Shown: positions 37,601 through 46,302, counted from the first letter of the whole stretch. The stretch: DNA of 63,978 nt, filler included, from Licmophora abbreviata (GCA_900291995.1; 10 parts of 10 records of this genome joined end to end with filler, not necessarily neighbours in it); one strand, 5' to 3'. Program-made: numbers and translations. The notes: generated by a model not told the origin, from the sequence alone.

Positions 37601-37946
37601 ACTTCTCTTCCACAATCAACAGGCACTCCTCGAAAACACCACACAACATCAACAGTCGTGGATCACAAATGCACAACGACTTCTCAGTGCAAGACAGGAA
37701 CTCCAATATCAGCAGACAGTTAAACAAGTTGACAACCGAACAAGCGACACAAAGGAAACAAACCACGCCAAAGAAGGGAAACAAAAGAGACGAAGACATA
37801 AGTCAGGACAAACAAACACGATGGATCGATACCTCATTCGACACCCAACACAACCGACACCGCACAGAACTACGATACCACGCCACGACACAGCAGAGGC
37901 ACAGCACAAGACAACAGAACACACGGAACAACCTCAATCACGATAA
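31605..37946 (+). CDS. LINE ORF2 polyprotein (2113 aa): APE endonuclease - reverse transcriptase - RNase H - CCHC zinc finger
   Basis: APE: QNTNGL, GLTETN, LMGDLNE, TIDHILGS, SDHRALYVD. RT: TSPSGRHLGIYK, RIIHLLEAD, QHGGRPG, DAMACYD, GPGQGS, FIDD, RTLGI. RNase H: LATDGS, RPELYG, SDSKAAI, WIKSHQD, NIMAD. Zinc finger: CPSC..ETPMHIMSC. Confidence 0.95.
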   Translation: MTPGSFRQRQTITHHRPFTLPPEFTQHHNTQQVPNFHTPPLTHIDEISIFNDNNTDNNTDRMPIVLTSQTKTTNTTKTNYDRRNTNHVRAPTLQHRIPSHRKPNKEPTQQAPKATQAFKDDRIYGDTLTQPRPNNTIRIVVQNTNGLRITHGDRTDLQYTFASLQGIQADVFGLTETNVDWKNPMIRADYRQIANKAWQQSKSSLSTSKTRAKHGYYLPGGTTTTATGKWSTRTVATGYDDIGRWSYITMMGQKERRITIITAYRVCEQRPPTHRQKNTKQRATQGMTTAYTQQYIQLVEDRGMEDPDPREAFVQDIIQFIKQKEQQDHGIILMGDLNEALTPGNHRGASRILQECSLINLLELRHMEPTPATYIRGSATIDHILGSPDIADHVIRSGMLRFHECIFSDHRALYVDINHETLFQGKQMEDQVDRNNRRLISSNPTAVTKFLKVTGQYWKDHRIAERQAILRHDSTTLSLTDLKNRHSSIDRDIGRSIRMGEKRLGRRHQGSWWSPALTRAAKTVKYWKIRVSEVKNKQSSQQAKEKIKKEVTIEDTNDNGWQYLTKQLKEAWQHWRLAKNEAAQLRDDHLTERANAYIAKGNMTVAQAVQHIRNAEHRQEAFRRIRTTLKPSQSGNFAWLETFNTHTKQWETCTNGETIQNKILERNLKHFRQANDSTFANPTMAHRVGRSGLSRAADDILRGQFSTSTPAQTSALQAFLKAFQAPPEILDDSAIGKTTISPQEFATGIRRWRESTSTSPSGRHLGIYKTMIKDETMLQVLTDMGNLCFENGFAAERWLVTIQCVLEKDQGSPRLHRVRIIHLLEADMNLFLKIHWSRRMITNAEQHGWLNNSQHGGRPGHLATDPTLIRLLNCDLSRLTATSLALADKDAMACYDRMVNFVMFVASRRLGVPNKVIQTFHDVLANMTYHVKTAHGVSAKSYQGTTQNPTQGPGQGSSNGPALWTATSSPMLEALTQETLGMKWQDPTQSISLTTHAMMFIDDQNSGVNANHQTIQQQYDPTQALINQMEHTVETWNELLWHSGGALNPIKCYWFLLTYELNGKNLPQLTTEDTHQRTLTITDYQQDQPVQIQRIKTQDARRTLGIRVTGDGKYGAQHQFLKEKAEIMAKRLLRSGLSRAAAWTAYLAVYLPAMQFSLSVVPLTATQANEIQMKATAAFLAKTGTNRNMPRAVVYGPVESTGLGFRDLYVESGILRIMYYIGHMRKRTEIATLLEIQRRTIQLCAGVGFDILQDTSTKIHYIDQTNWLMQLRNFLGDHDLSLHHTSTWNIQRQREGDKFLMDIFRHEKYRKTDMTHLNYVRLHLKVCMLSDITTGDGKSLVDAFIDGKQSEHWRSKIQWPRYEWSPSAHQLKLWSRALGHLTRSRSDHTLVEPLGRWLPVERHLSWNAQYDHQRDSLQYTTNGRRQAIPRLVTRTRNRGLSNLFFRQTDSEIEHLPHPTTPTPMTPTTRHPTSRPGIFKASTAQLMPTRHYQKPTTFKQHIRTLPSPIARWIQSFEIPNQDHLDQLLRSRHPLFLATDGSNLFPNASFAFNIADTSGRILIRGFGPVDGNPVFMSSLRPELYGIGSGLTFIEQYCKFHGIPTQAIRIKNLSDSKAAIQRSSVANSQLRSIFDHMNEFQRSRIISVSKLTMPEEDVVCEIRETLLRMQPDITFEWIKSHQDDLTPTQKMSVEAQLNIMADHDAGQYRKYNQIGHRKTQPALHFPGAVVNLRISHRIATTKIPAQIRQHIRGAIMGTYMQERYDWSTATWNTIDWQTIGQCFKQLTLNERVNTAKMIHGWRNSGKQRRRIDPNATDRCPSCHARNETPMHIMSCQAEERKTKREKAQREHITSTLLAGETARPIYHTITTAIQSWTTSPSDSPIPIPEPSTDDPLQATLSLAIAEQNIIGWEMFMRGIISKEWAGAQRIYLQDRFPTTGLQKLLTWRRKLIRALWQFGEQEWQARNDDLHDDDDSSTRRKNKRMIQMYFGIQEEYSERDRQLLFHNQQALLENTTQHQQSWITNAQRLLSARQELQYQQTVKQVDNRTSDTKETNHAKEGKQKRRRHKSGQTNTMDRYLIRHPTQPTPHRTTIPRHDTAEAQHKTTEHTEQPQSR

Positions 37947-38471
37947 CACTCAGACAGATGCAGCACTCACATAGCAACAACAAACGCCGCCACCAAACAG
38001 CCAAAGACAAGTATTAAAGGACGCCGCCCTTCGGGGGCCGCAAGTACCAGAGGTTCCTATCTCGAAAATAGGTAGGGTAATCTCGGTTCTTAAACAAACG
38101 TTACCTATAGTTACGATGATCATGATAGGGAGATGGTCCCAGTTGAGCCATTTTGTGCACCCGCNNNNNNNNNNNNNNNNNNNNNNNNNNNNNNNNNNNN
38201 NNNNNNNNTTAATTAATTAANNNNNNNNNNNNNNNNNNNNNNNNNNNNNNNNNNNNNNNNNNNNGACAACGCAATTCTACGACGATTCACGTACCTCTGG
38301 TATATAAAAAGTCGTTTCCTCTAACTTTCCTTTACTTTCCTTTACTTTACTTAACTTTTTCTTTTTTTTCAATTGTTAGCGGATTCGTAGTAATTGCAAG
38401 ACGCCGGCCACATTCAATATCAACACGCCGCTCGTTCTCTCCCCGCGTTTTGAACAAGCGGCCCTCAAACG

Positions 38472-39494
38472 ATGCTACTACGATGTCTCGCCTCTTGGAT
38501 GCTCCTACGGTCAGCCTCTGCTGCCCGTCACGGCGAAGATATCCTCCAGAAACTCGCGGCTTTGAAACAATTTCAGCCAGAGGCCCTTGTCGACGTGGGG
38601 GCGAACCGTGGGACATGGTCAGAGCGGGCTCGCAACTTCTTTCGCGATACCAGCACCGCCTTTCTCCTTTTGGAAGCTTCGGAACAGCACAGAGCGAGTC
38701 TAGAGCAAGTCGTCTCGAACGTGGGAAACGCAGAGTACAAAATAGCGCTTCTTTCGGGTCATCCCGACACAGAGCTCGAATTCTACGACGGGGGCAATAC
38801 CGGCAACAGTATCTTTCGGGAAAACACGCATCACTACGACAAGGATGTCCCTGTGAGGCGCAAGACGTTCACCCTGGACCAGTTAGTACAAGCGAGCTCT
38901 GTACTCTCCAACAAGACCGTTGACATTGTCAAGATTGACGTACAGGGGGCGGAGCTCATGGTGCTCGAGGGGGCGCACCGCGTGCTCGAGCAAACGACCT
39001 TTTTGCAGCTGGAGATTTCGAATGTGCAGTTCAATATTGGCGGTGCGTGCGGCTGGCAGATTCACGAGTTCCTGCATCGGTATGGCTTTGTGATATACGA
39101 CATTGGAGATGTCTTGTACGGTGCCACTCTGTTCAAGACTCATGGCATAGGTCAGTATGACGTGTTGTACGTCAAGCCCGACTCTCCTCGACTCCCAGGA
39201 TCTCTAAAAGCAATGTCTGCGAGTTACTGTCCGTTGCAAGGGCCCTCCAATTCGTCTATGGCGCAGAGCAATGATGGTAGAATAGATCGTGGTATGGCTG
39301 GTTCCTCGCCGACGACGAACCATGCGCCAGGCATGTTCGGAGTGAACGCCGACGTCGCCGGAGCCAATCGCTTCTTACCTCCCTTGTATGTTCATTTGCA
39401 TAGCTTTTCTTTTGGCTTGATCGTGGGGCTCCTGTGGAGCAAGATACTGTCATATCGCGCAGCAAAGAAGACGACGACCACGGCTCGCTCGTAG
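38472..39494 (+). CDS. FkbM-family (Methyltransf_21) SAM-dependent methyltransferase with a putative signal peptide and C-terminal TM helix
   Basis: LVDVGANRGTW, TLDQLV and DIVKIDVQGAELMVLEGA motifs. Confidence 0.88.
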   Translation: MLLRCLASWMLLRSASAARHGEDILQKLAALKQFQPEALVDVGANRGTWSERARNFFRDTSTAFLLLEASEQHRASLEQVVSNVGNAEYKIALLSGHPDTELEFYDGGNTGNSIFRENTHHYDKDVPVRRKTFTLDQLVQASSVLSNKTVDIVKIDVQGAELMVLEGAHRVLEQTTFLQLEISNVQFNIGGACGWQIHEFLHRYGFVIYDIGDVLYGATLFKTHGIGQYDVLYVKPDSPRLPGSLKAMSASYCPLQGPSNSSMAQSNDGRIDRGMAGSSPTTNHAPGMFGVNADVAGANRFLPPLYVHLHSFSFGLIVGLLWSKILSYRAAKKTTTTARS

Positions 39495-39805
39495 TCCGAC
39501 CTACCTAGCTATCTAGCAACTACGAGTAGTAGCTACTCTCTAGACCCAAGCGAGTTTGAGTTTCACATACGATCTGGCTCTGTGGTTTCACATTGCACAC
39601 TCTAGCTTTCATTGAACTAGCTTAGCTATCTACATTCGAACGTATTGTCCGTGCACGATATCTCTGTCGACTACGTGATCTAGCATTTTTACATTTTTAC
39701 ACTACACCACGAATGACTTCCTGTGAGTCGAGTGAGTCGATCAGTACAACGTTCTACGCAACGCAGAGCAAACTACTACAAAATACAAAATACACTGGTT
39801 TGACC

Positions 39806-41742
39806 ATGGCGGACGTCTTTCTGATTGTCGCGATTGCTGTGTCGCTGATACTGCTATTTATCGTTGGGGTTTATCTTCTAGTACACTACCAACACCCTGA
39901 CGACAAGAATGAAGCGTGGGCCCCGAAAATAGTCGTTTTATTGGGCTTTGTGTTGGCCGGTTGCACCGTCTTGGGCTTACCGCTCGATGTAGCCAACAAC
40001 GAAGAGTACCCCGGTACGTAGAAATGGCGTAGAAGTCAGTACCCAACTGACGCTCTGTCGCTGGAACGACTCCAGTGTCATTTCTGGTGTGAATCAGCCG
40101 CTAAGAGGCTCTCGTTTCGAGTCTCTTTCACTGTCCGAATCCTTGCTTGGTCAAAAAAAGGGATAGGCTCGAGGGGGCTTTTCGATTTTGTCTTGATCTG
40201 CAAAAACGAGCCGCCTGTTCTCACTCCCGCGCCCCGTCCTGTGTCTTGTACCTGGTATCCTCCTCGTTCGCAGGCTGCGATGGCTACGATACGAGTTTCT
40301 GCGGAGGACTCAACATGGAACTATTTTGGACGATCATTTTCTGGATGATTCCAGTGTGGATATTCATCTTGATTCCCTTCAATACTTTCTTCTACGAGGC
40401 CGACGACGGCATGCTAATGGCCGGCACGCCGCTGGCGGGTCAACAGAAATCGAGATTCGTACAGGCTTCTTGCAACCAGCTAGTAGTCTTGATTATCATC
40501 GGTCTGATATTTGGACTGACGTATCTCTTTCTGGGAGAGACGAGTATACCTGTACAGGAGTACGTGGGCGGAACCGTCTTGGACGCACTCACCGCCGGCA
40601 GTGCCGGCCCTGGAACTCTGTACAGAACTCAGGAAGCTATAAATCAGACGGACGGTGCTTTGCTTCCTTTCAGCACCGGAAATCTACAAGATATTACACA
40701 GAATGACGTCGCGCTGTTGGGGCAAGTGCAGGGCCCGTCTGAGGTGACTGTGACCGTGGACGTTGATGTGGCGACTTTTTATGCGGGTTTGATGGCGTGG
40801 CTCGGGTGGTTTCTCTTTGCCATTTTTGGCGGCATTGGGATAATTGCTCTGCCGGTCGACTTCGTCTTTACCTACAAGCACCGGACGCGTGTCATGGGCG
40901 CTGTCGAATTGGCCGAAGCCAAGTTGGAGCTGCAAGAGCGAGTGAATGCCATCGTCGACATTGGAGAGCAAATCAAGATTGAAAAAGAAGATCGAGCCAA
41001 GACCGGAGCCGCCAGCGGAGGCGGCATTGGTGACATGTTCAAGCTCAACTCGACCAGACGCAAGGATGCCCGTTCGGAACGAACGACGATGCGGGAATTT
41101 CAGACCGCTGTCTACCAGCTCGAGTCGGACATTGAAGATTACGAGGCCTGCTCGGACGCCCGAGAAAACTACAATCCGCTCGTTCCGTATGCTGCAATCC
41201 TGCTGGCGTTCTTCTCGTTTCTGATTAGTCTCGTCTGGATGATTCATGTCATCGTGTACGTGTTTCCCGACCCGCCGTGGCTTTCGTTTCTCAACACATA
41301 CTTTCAGTGGTTCGACAAGTGGTTTCCGCTCTTTGGGGTGCTGAGCGTTGCCATCTTCACCGTCTATTTATTATTCTGTGCGGTCAAGGGGTGTTTCAAG
41401 TTCGGTCTGCGATTCTTGCTCATCTCTCTTCATCCGATGAAGCCAGGGCGGACGTACATGTCAAGTTTCATGTTCAACACCGCCCTTGTATTGTTCTGCG
41501 CTCTACCGGTTGTGATGTTTTGCCAGGAGGCCTTCTCGGGTTATGCACAGAACACAACTCTGCGGCAGATTTACGGTCTCCAGATTACGAACCTCAAGTT
41601 CTTCTCCTATTTTTGGAGAAACAACGTTTTCATCTACGCCTTTTTGGCTATCGCGTTCTTGACAGCGCTCTATCTGACATGCAGACCGCGTGGCGAGGAC
41701 GCTGCGGCCCTTGCCTTACGGAAACGAGTCAAGTCAAGGTGA
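39806..41742 (+). CDS. LMBR1-like / LIMR family membrane protein. Exons 39806-40013 and 40274-41742
   Basis: YLLVHYQHPDDKNEAW.PK, LPLDVAN, PFNTFFYEAD and HPMKPGRTYMSSFMFN; in-frame GT-AG intron. Confidence 0.9.
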
Positions 41743-41847
41743 ACACGGCAGGAGGTACACTACTAGGACGTAATTCTTTCGTCTAGCTGAAATGGCATTA
41801 TTGATTGAAAAACGTTCCGCTTCTTTTCAGAATCGTTGCTGCACTTT

Positions 41848-43599
41848 CTATTGAGATGCAGCCGCTGCCATGACCGTTCCTTCATCCTCGTCGCTATCTT
41901 CACTGCAGTCGTCGTATTGGTCGGGGACAATGCAATGCGCACCAGCCGATATTTGGTTGCTCGCAGCCGCCTTTGCGACAGCATGTCCAGCAAATGCCGC
42001 ATCGCGCACTCCGGCGGCTTCTGCTGTGGGGTAGTGGTAAAACAGCTCTGCGGCATGCTGTCGGTAGTCTCTCAGTTGCTCCACGGCAGTTGAAAGCCCC
42101 GACGGCGTTCGCACAACCCCGACATAGTCCCACATGGCCTTCCGTACGAGACGCAGCAGTTCCGAAGCCAATCTTCTTGTTTTCTGTACCGACTTCGGGT
42201 GTTGCTCTAACAAGCGACTTGAGTCAAAGTCCTCTCGAATCGATTCACTCGACGATTCCAGTACTGTTCGGGCTTTTCCATAGACATCTCGACTTTCGCT
42301 GCTACTTCCGACATGGTCCGCGACAGACGCTCCGAATACAAGTCCCTCCAAGAGCGACGTCGAAGCTAGACGATTGCCCCCATGCAATCCCGTCCGTGCC
42401 GCTTCTCCAGCTGCGTACAAGTTGGCCAACGACGTTTGGCCGTGCAGGTCGGTGGTGACGCCCCCGCATGTGTAGTGTGCAGCCGGAATCACCGGAAGCA
42501 AGTCCTCGGCGATATCGAGATTCCGTTGCTGGAGATGCGCATGAATGGTCGGAAAGCGTTGATACAACCATTCTCGCTCACGGTGCGAAATATCGAGGTA
42601 GACCTCTCCGCTGCGCTGGGATTCTTCAAAGACACCTCGCGCGACAATGTCTCTAGGTGCCAGTTCCCCTCGCTCATCAAAATTTTTCGCAAACGCCTCA
42701 CCCGACTTGTTGCGCAGTATCGCTCCTTCACCTCGAAGCGCTTCAGTCAATAGAAAGCGCGACTCATTCGGAATGTTGAGAGACGTCGGATGAAACTGCA
42801 CATACTCCAGTTCTTGAGTCGCCACTCGAGATCGAGTCGCCAGAGCGACACTCGAACCGAGAGCATTGAATCCTGCAGGATTGGTACTGTGCTGGTAGAT
42901 GCCACCTAGGCCTCCACTGCACAAGACGACGCCGCGAGACGCCAGTTCGGTCCGAAGCACATTATCTTGAAGCACCTGTACTCCAACGCACACGTCATCC
43001 CTTACAACCAGATCTGTCACGACACTGCGACCCTGCAAGGTAATGAGTGGATGCCGGGCGGCAGCCTGATTGATGTGTTCCGTAATGATCTTTCCAGTAT
43101 GGTCAGCGTAGTGTAGAATTCGAGGAGCCGCGTGAGAAGCTTCCAAACAGAGCGAGAGCTCGCCCGTTTCTGTTCGATCGAAGGGAACATGTGCGAAGGG
43201 GCCTGACTCATCTAGCAAGAACTGTTTCACCCGTTCTGGACCTTCGGCAGCTACCTTTTGCACCGCGTCGTCTTCGCAGAGTCCCGCTCCGGCTCGATGG
43301 ATGTCGGACGCCAAGAGCGACGCCGAGTCCTGTGAGACGGGGTCGTAATTTCGGTAGATAATGCCTCCCTGCGCCCAATACGAGTTGCAGTCGGTAGAAG
43401 CGCTACCAGCAAACAGAAGAGTCACGGGAATTCGGTAAACTTCGGCCGCTAGCAACGCTGCGGCACTTCCCGCCACACCGGACCCCACCACCACGAGCCG
43501 ATCGGAGGAGGGTGAGGAACTCAGTGGCCGTCGTAGAAGCCCCGTACAAAGTCTATGGCGTTGTAGGGCCGCCGTACGTTGTATTCGTGATAAAATCAT
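41848..43599 (-). CDS. nadB: L-aspartate oxidase (de novo NAD biosynthesis)
   Basis: VVVGSGVAG (FAD binding), NSYWAQGGI, EASHAAPRILH..DHTG, EYVQFHPT, LLTEALRGEGA, ELAPRDIVAR, PAAHYTCGG and GLHGGNRLASTSLLEGLVFG. Confidence 0.93.
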   Translation of the reverse strand: MILSRIQRTAALQRHRLCTGLLRRPLSSSPSSDRLVVVGSGVAGSAAALLAAEVYRIPVTLLFAGSASTDCNSYWAQGGIIYRNYDPVSQDSASLLASDIHRAGAGLCEDDAVQKVAAEGPERVKQFLLDESGPFAHVPFDRTETGELSLCLEASHAAPRILHYADHTGKIITEHINQAAARHPLITLQGRSVVTDLVVRDDVCVGVQVLQDNVLRTELASRGVVLCSGGLGGIYQHSTNPAGFNALGSSVALATRSRVATQELEYVQFHPTSLNIPNESRFLLTEALRGEGAILRNKSGEAFAKNFDERGELAPRDIVARGVFEESQRSGEVYLDISHREREWLYQRFPTIHAHLQQRNLDIAEDLLPVIPAAHYTCGGVTTDLHGQTSLANLYAAGEAARTGLHGGNRLASTSLLEGLVFGASVADHVGSSSESRDVYGKARTVLESSSESIREDFDSSRLLEQHPKSVQKTRRLASELLRLVRKAMWDYVGVVRTPSGLSTAVEQLRDYRQHAAELFYHYPTAEAAGVRDAAFAGHAVAKAAASNQISAGAHCIVPDQYDDCSEDSDEDEGTVMAAAASQ

Positions 43600-43939
43600 G
43601 GGATCCGACAAGATCCTGGAAACGTTCTCCGTATTGCGAGAAATCGACCTGGGGGGCGATTCAAAGACTTCAAGGATGAGGGGTGGCTCAAAACTGACTA
43701 CGCAGGTTTCCCAAAGCTGGCTTAGCAACTACAGTCTCTTGTTCCGGCAGAAAAACACAAGCAACAAGCGTCAGAAGTGACGGCAGATTTGGTTGACGTC
43801 GGGAGTTTGAAGTTGGATGATACGCGCGAGGTTCCAAGTTTCTGTGGACGCGAAGAGCTCGGCTCTTTTCTGTGTCTCGATTTGTCAGATCTCTACGAAG
43901 CTCTTCGTAGCGTGTAGAACATCTACCATGAATAAGTAC

Positions 43940-43975
43940 GTAGAAATTCAGTATTGCCCTACGGAAAAGATGGTG
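43940..43975 (+). mobile_element. Possible tiny relic of a Ty1/copia RNase H
   Basis: Translates to VEIQYCPTEKMV, resembling the copia RNase H motif (I)xxxYCPTxxMxAD; no further homology visible. Confidence 0.4.
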
Positions 43976-44590
43976 ACGTCAAACACAATTTCTCTATTTG
44001 ACTCACTCGACTCGACTGACTCACTCAACCGTGGAGAAACTTCCAGAGGGAAAAACTTCTATAGGTAGGCTACGATAGAGAGAAACTACTCGTAGACTAC
44101 TAGTACGAGTACTCTCTCAAAGTAAAAACTAAAAAGTAATGAGGACTGAAAGCTACGGTGCAATGCGGTGTGCGACTCCTGACTATACATGTCGCATCGT
44201 GACGGGGTACGGTATCATACCGTGCCTGCTCTAGCTATAGCGATAGTCTAACTCACCATCGTAAGCTATTCATACTTGGAAGCTGTTTAGACGAGACGCA
44301 GCCAGAGGCCATGGATCTTCAGCTGCTACTGCATCGACACACTAAATCTACCAGGTACATCCAAATTAATTTTACCAGTCAGTACAAATCAGCAAGAACC
44401 ATATTCTTATGTAAGTTGGTACCTCAGGCTCCGAGGATACTAAAAGTCTAGACAACATGCCACTGATTCAGCGACGCCGGGCGCGTTTCTCTGTCCTACC
44501 ACACGACAACGCGAGACACGGGCACATCCCCAAGAAACAACGTCTCCGCTGACACCTCGAAAAGACGGACTCGACTCATCCGTTTAAAAA

Positions 44591-45670
44591 CTAGTGCTCT
44601 GGTATAAAGAGAACCAATATTCCAAAGAGGGCGGCCATCATGACTCCAACGAACGGGGATCGGTCCGAGCCTGTCGCACTAGTAGGGCCCAATGTAGGAG
44701 GAAGCGAAGGTTCTGTGGGAACACCCGGTCCGTCCGTAGATCCCATGAGAGTCGGGTTCTGACTGGGCGGAGACGACGGTTGGATCGTCGGTGGGACCGT
44801 TGGAGGAAGGTTCAAGCATGTGCCATCACAGTCTTGAATACTGCAGGGGTCTTCGTCATCCAGCAAAGCCGAGCAGTCGAATGCGATAGTACCGTTGCAA
44901 ATACTGCAGCTGCTACAGCGAGGGCTATCCTCCGTAACGTCGTCTACGGTGTCGGACTGAATAACTTCACAGCCACCTGAACAGTCAGAGAGCGACCCAA
45001 ACACGGGACAGCCAGAGTACTGTACAACGAATCCCTCCAGAAAGTCAGGATCTTCCACCAGACAGTCCTGAGATCCTTCTCCTCCCTCAGGGGTACAGGC
45101 GACTGTCAGATTACTCGCATTGACGCAGTCTCCCTCGCAGTCAGTTGTCGCACACTCGTTTGCATCGACATAGAGATTCGAGCAGTCAAAACCGACAAGC
45201 GAAGGGCAAATCTCGCAGTCATTGCAAGTGGCGGTCTCGTTTGTGATGTCTTCATAGACAGTAGCCGCGTAAACTTCACAGCTCGTGCAATCTGCCGTGG
45301 AGGTAGCTGTGGCTGGGCAGCGAAAGACTTGAACCAGTCCCGGGTCAGGGCGACCCTCCAGCCAGCACATAATAAATCCGTCTTCAGCCATTAGACATTC
45401 TGCTTGTTGAAGACGCCGGTTTCCCGATTCATCGACAAAGCTACCGGACGCAGCGATGTCGGCGAAGAAGCTGGCCTTCTTCCGGGCTTGCTTCTCCGTC
45501 GCTTCGGCGCCAGCACTGATTTCGGTGTCTGAATGTAGGCCAACCGGCGGGTTTCCAGTTTCGGAAAGATCGTTTGCCCTTCTGACTGCGTTCTCGTCTA
45601 CCCTCGCTTCAAAACCCAGCACAGCATGTCCCATGAGGACACATACGGCAAGGATGGTCGTACAATGCAT
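44591..45670 (-). CDS. Secreted, probably GPI/TM-anchored acidic Cys-rich protein with two 12-Cys domains and a Pro/Thr stalk (paralog A)
   Basis: Signal peptide MHCTTILAVCVLMGHAVLG, RRLQ, two ~90-aa 12-Cys repeats, PT/PS linker and a hydrophobic C-terminus. Confidence 0.85.
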   Translation of the reverse strand: MHCTTILAVCVLMGHAVLGFEARVDENAVRRANDLSETGNPPVGLHSDTEISAGAEATEKQARKKASFFADIAASGSFVDESGNRRLQQAECLMAEDGFIMCWLEGRPDPGLVQVFRCPATATSTADCTSCEVYAATVYEDITNETATCNDCEICPSLVGFDCSNLYVDANECATTDCEGDCVNASNLTVACTPEGGEGSQDCLVEDPDFLEGFVVQYSGCPVFGSLSDCSGGCEVIQSDTVDDVTEDSPRCSSCSICNGTIAFDCSALLDDEDPCSIQDCDGTCLNLPPTVPPTIQPSSPPSQNPTLMGSTDGPGVPTEPSLPPTLGPTSATGSDRSPFVGVMMAALFGILVLFIPEH

Positions 45671-46302
45671 CGTTCGTGGTGGATTTTCCCTCTCCAAGGG
45701 TGAGATAATGACCGAGGTCGTGTCAAACAATGACAAATCAATGGGCCAATGGATTTGATTCATTCACGTTGATGAANNNNNNNNNNNNNNNNNNNNNNNN
45801 NNNNNNNNNNNNNNNNNNNNTTAATTAATTAANNNNNNNNNNNNNNNNNNNNNNNNNNNNNNNNNNNNNNNNNNNNTTGATCCAAATTGGCGCGCGCCAG
45901 GCACCCCATTGATAAATTTCATTTGTATATACACACGAATACATTCGATTTAAAGGTCGGTGGCATGTTTCGGTTGCAAATTCTCAAATTTGCAAATTTG
46001 CAAATTTCAAATTTCGATTTGCTCGACAAGGTGCACATCGCGTCTCCGGTGGTCTACCGGTACGATATGAGTATTCGTACCAGGAATGATATCATCAACC
46101 TCTACTCCGAGTAGACGACATCCCGGTATAGACCCCAGTGAAGTCTCACGATTTAAATTGTGCTTCAGATTCTTTCGTAGGTCTCTATATGAGTCTATAA
46201 GAACGAATCGTCTTAGTTTATACATCTAACCGTGCCAGGTAGGGTATCTCTGTGCTCTGAACCAACATCATCGCAAAGCTTCACTCCTCCCGTTCTCGCT
46301 CG

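Larger units (their letters stand above)
30750..38164 (+). mobile_element. Non-LTR (LINE) retrotransposon with APE, RT and RNase H, of the diatom Ambal/L1-like type; both ends run into gaps
   Basis: Two ORFs, a strongly A/C-rich sense strand unlike the flanks, no introns. It occupies a whole contig between two gaps. Confidence 0.93.

Noticed and set aside
38101..38164. TTACCT..GATCATGA..TGCAC as a U1 snRNA-like LINE target site
   Set aside because: It lacks ACTTACCTG, the U1 stems cannot be formed convincingly, and the sequence is cut by a gap.
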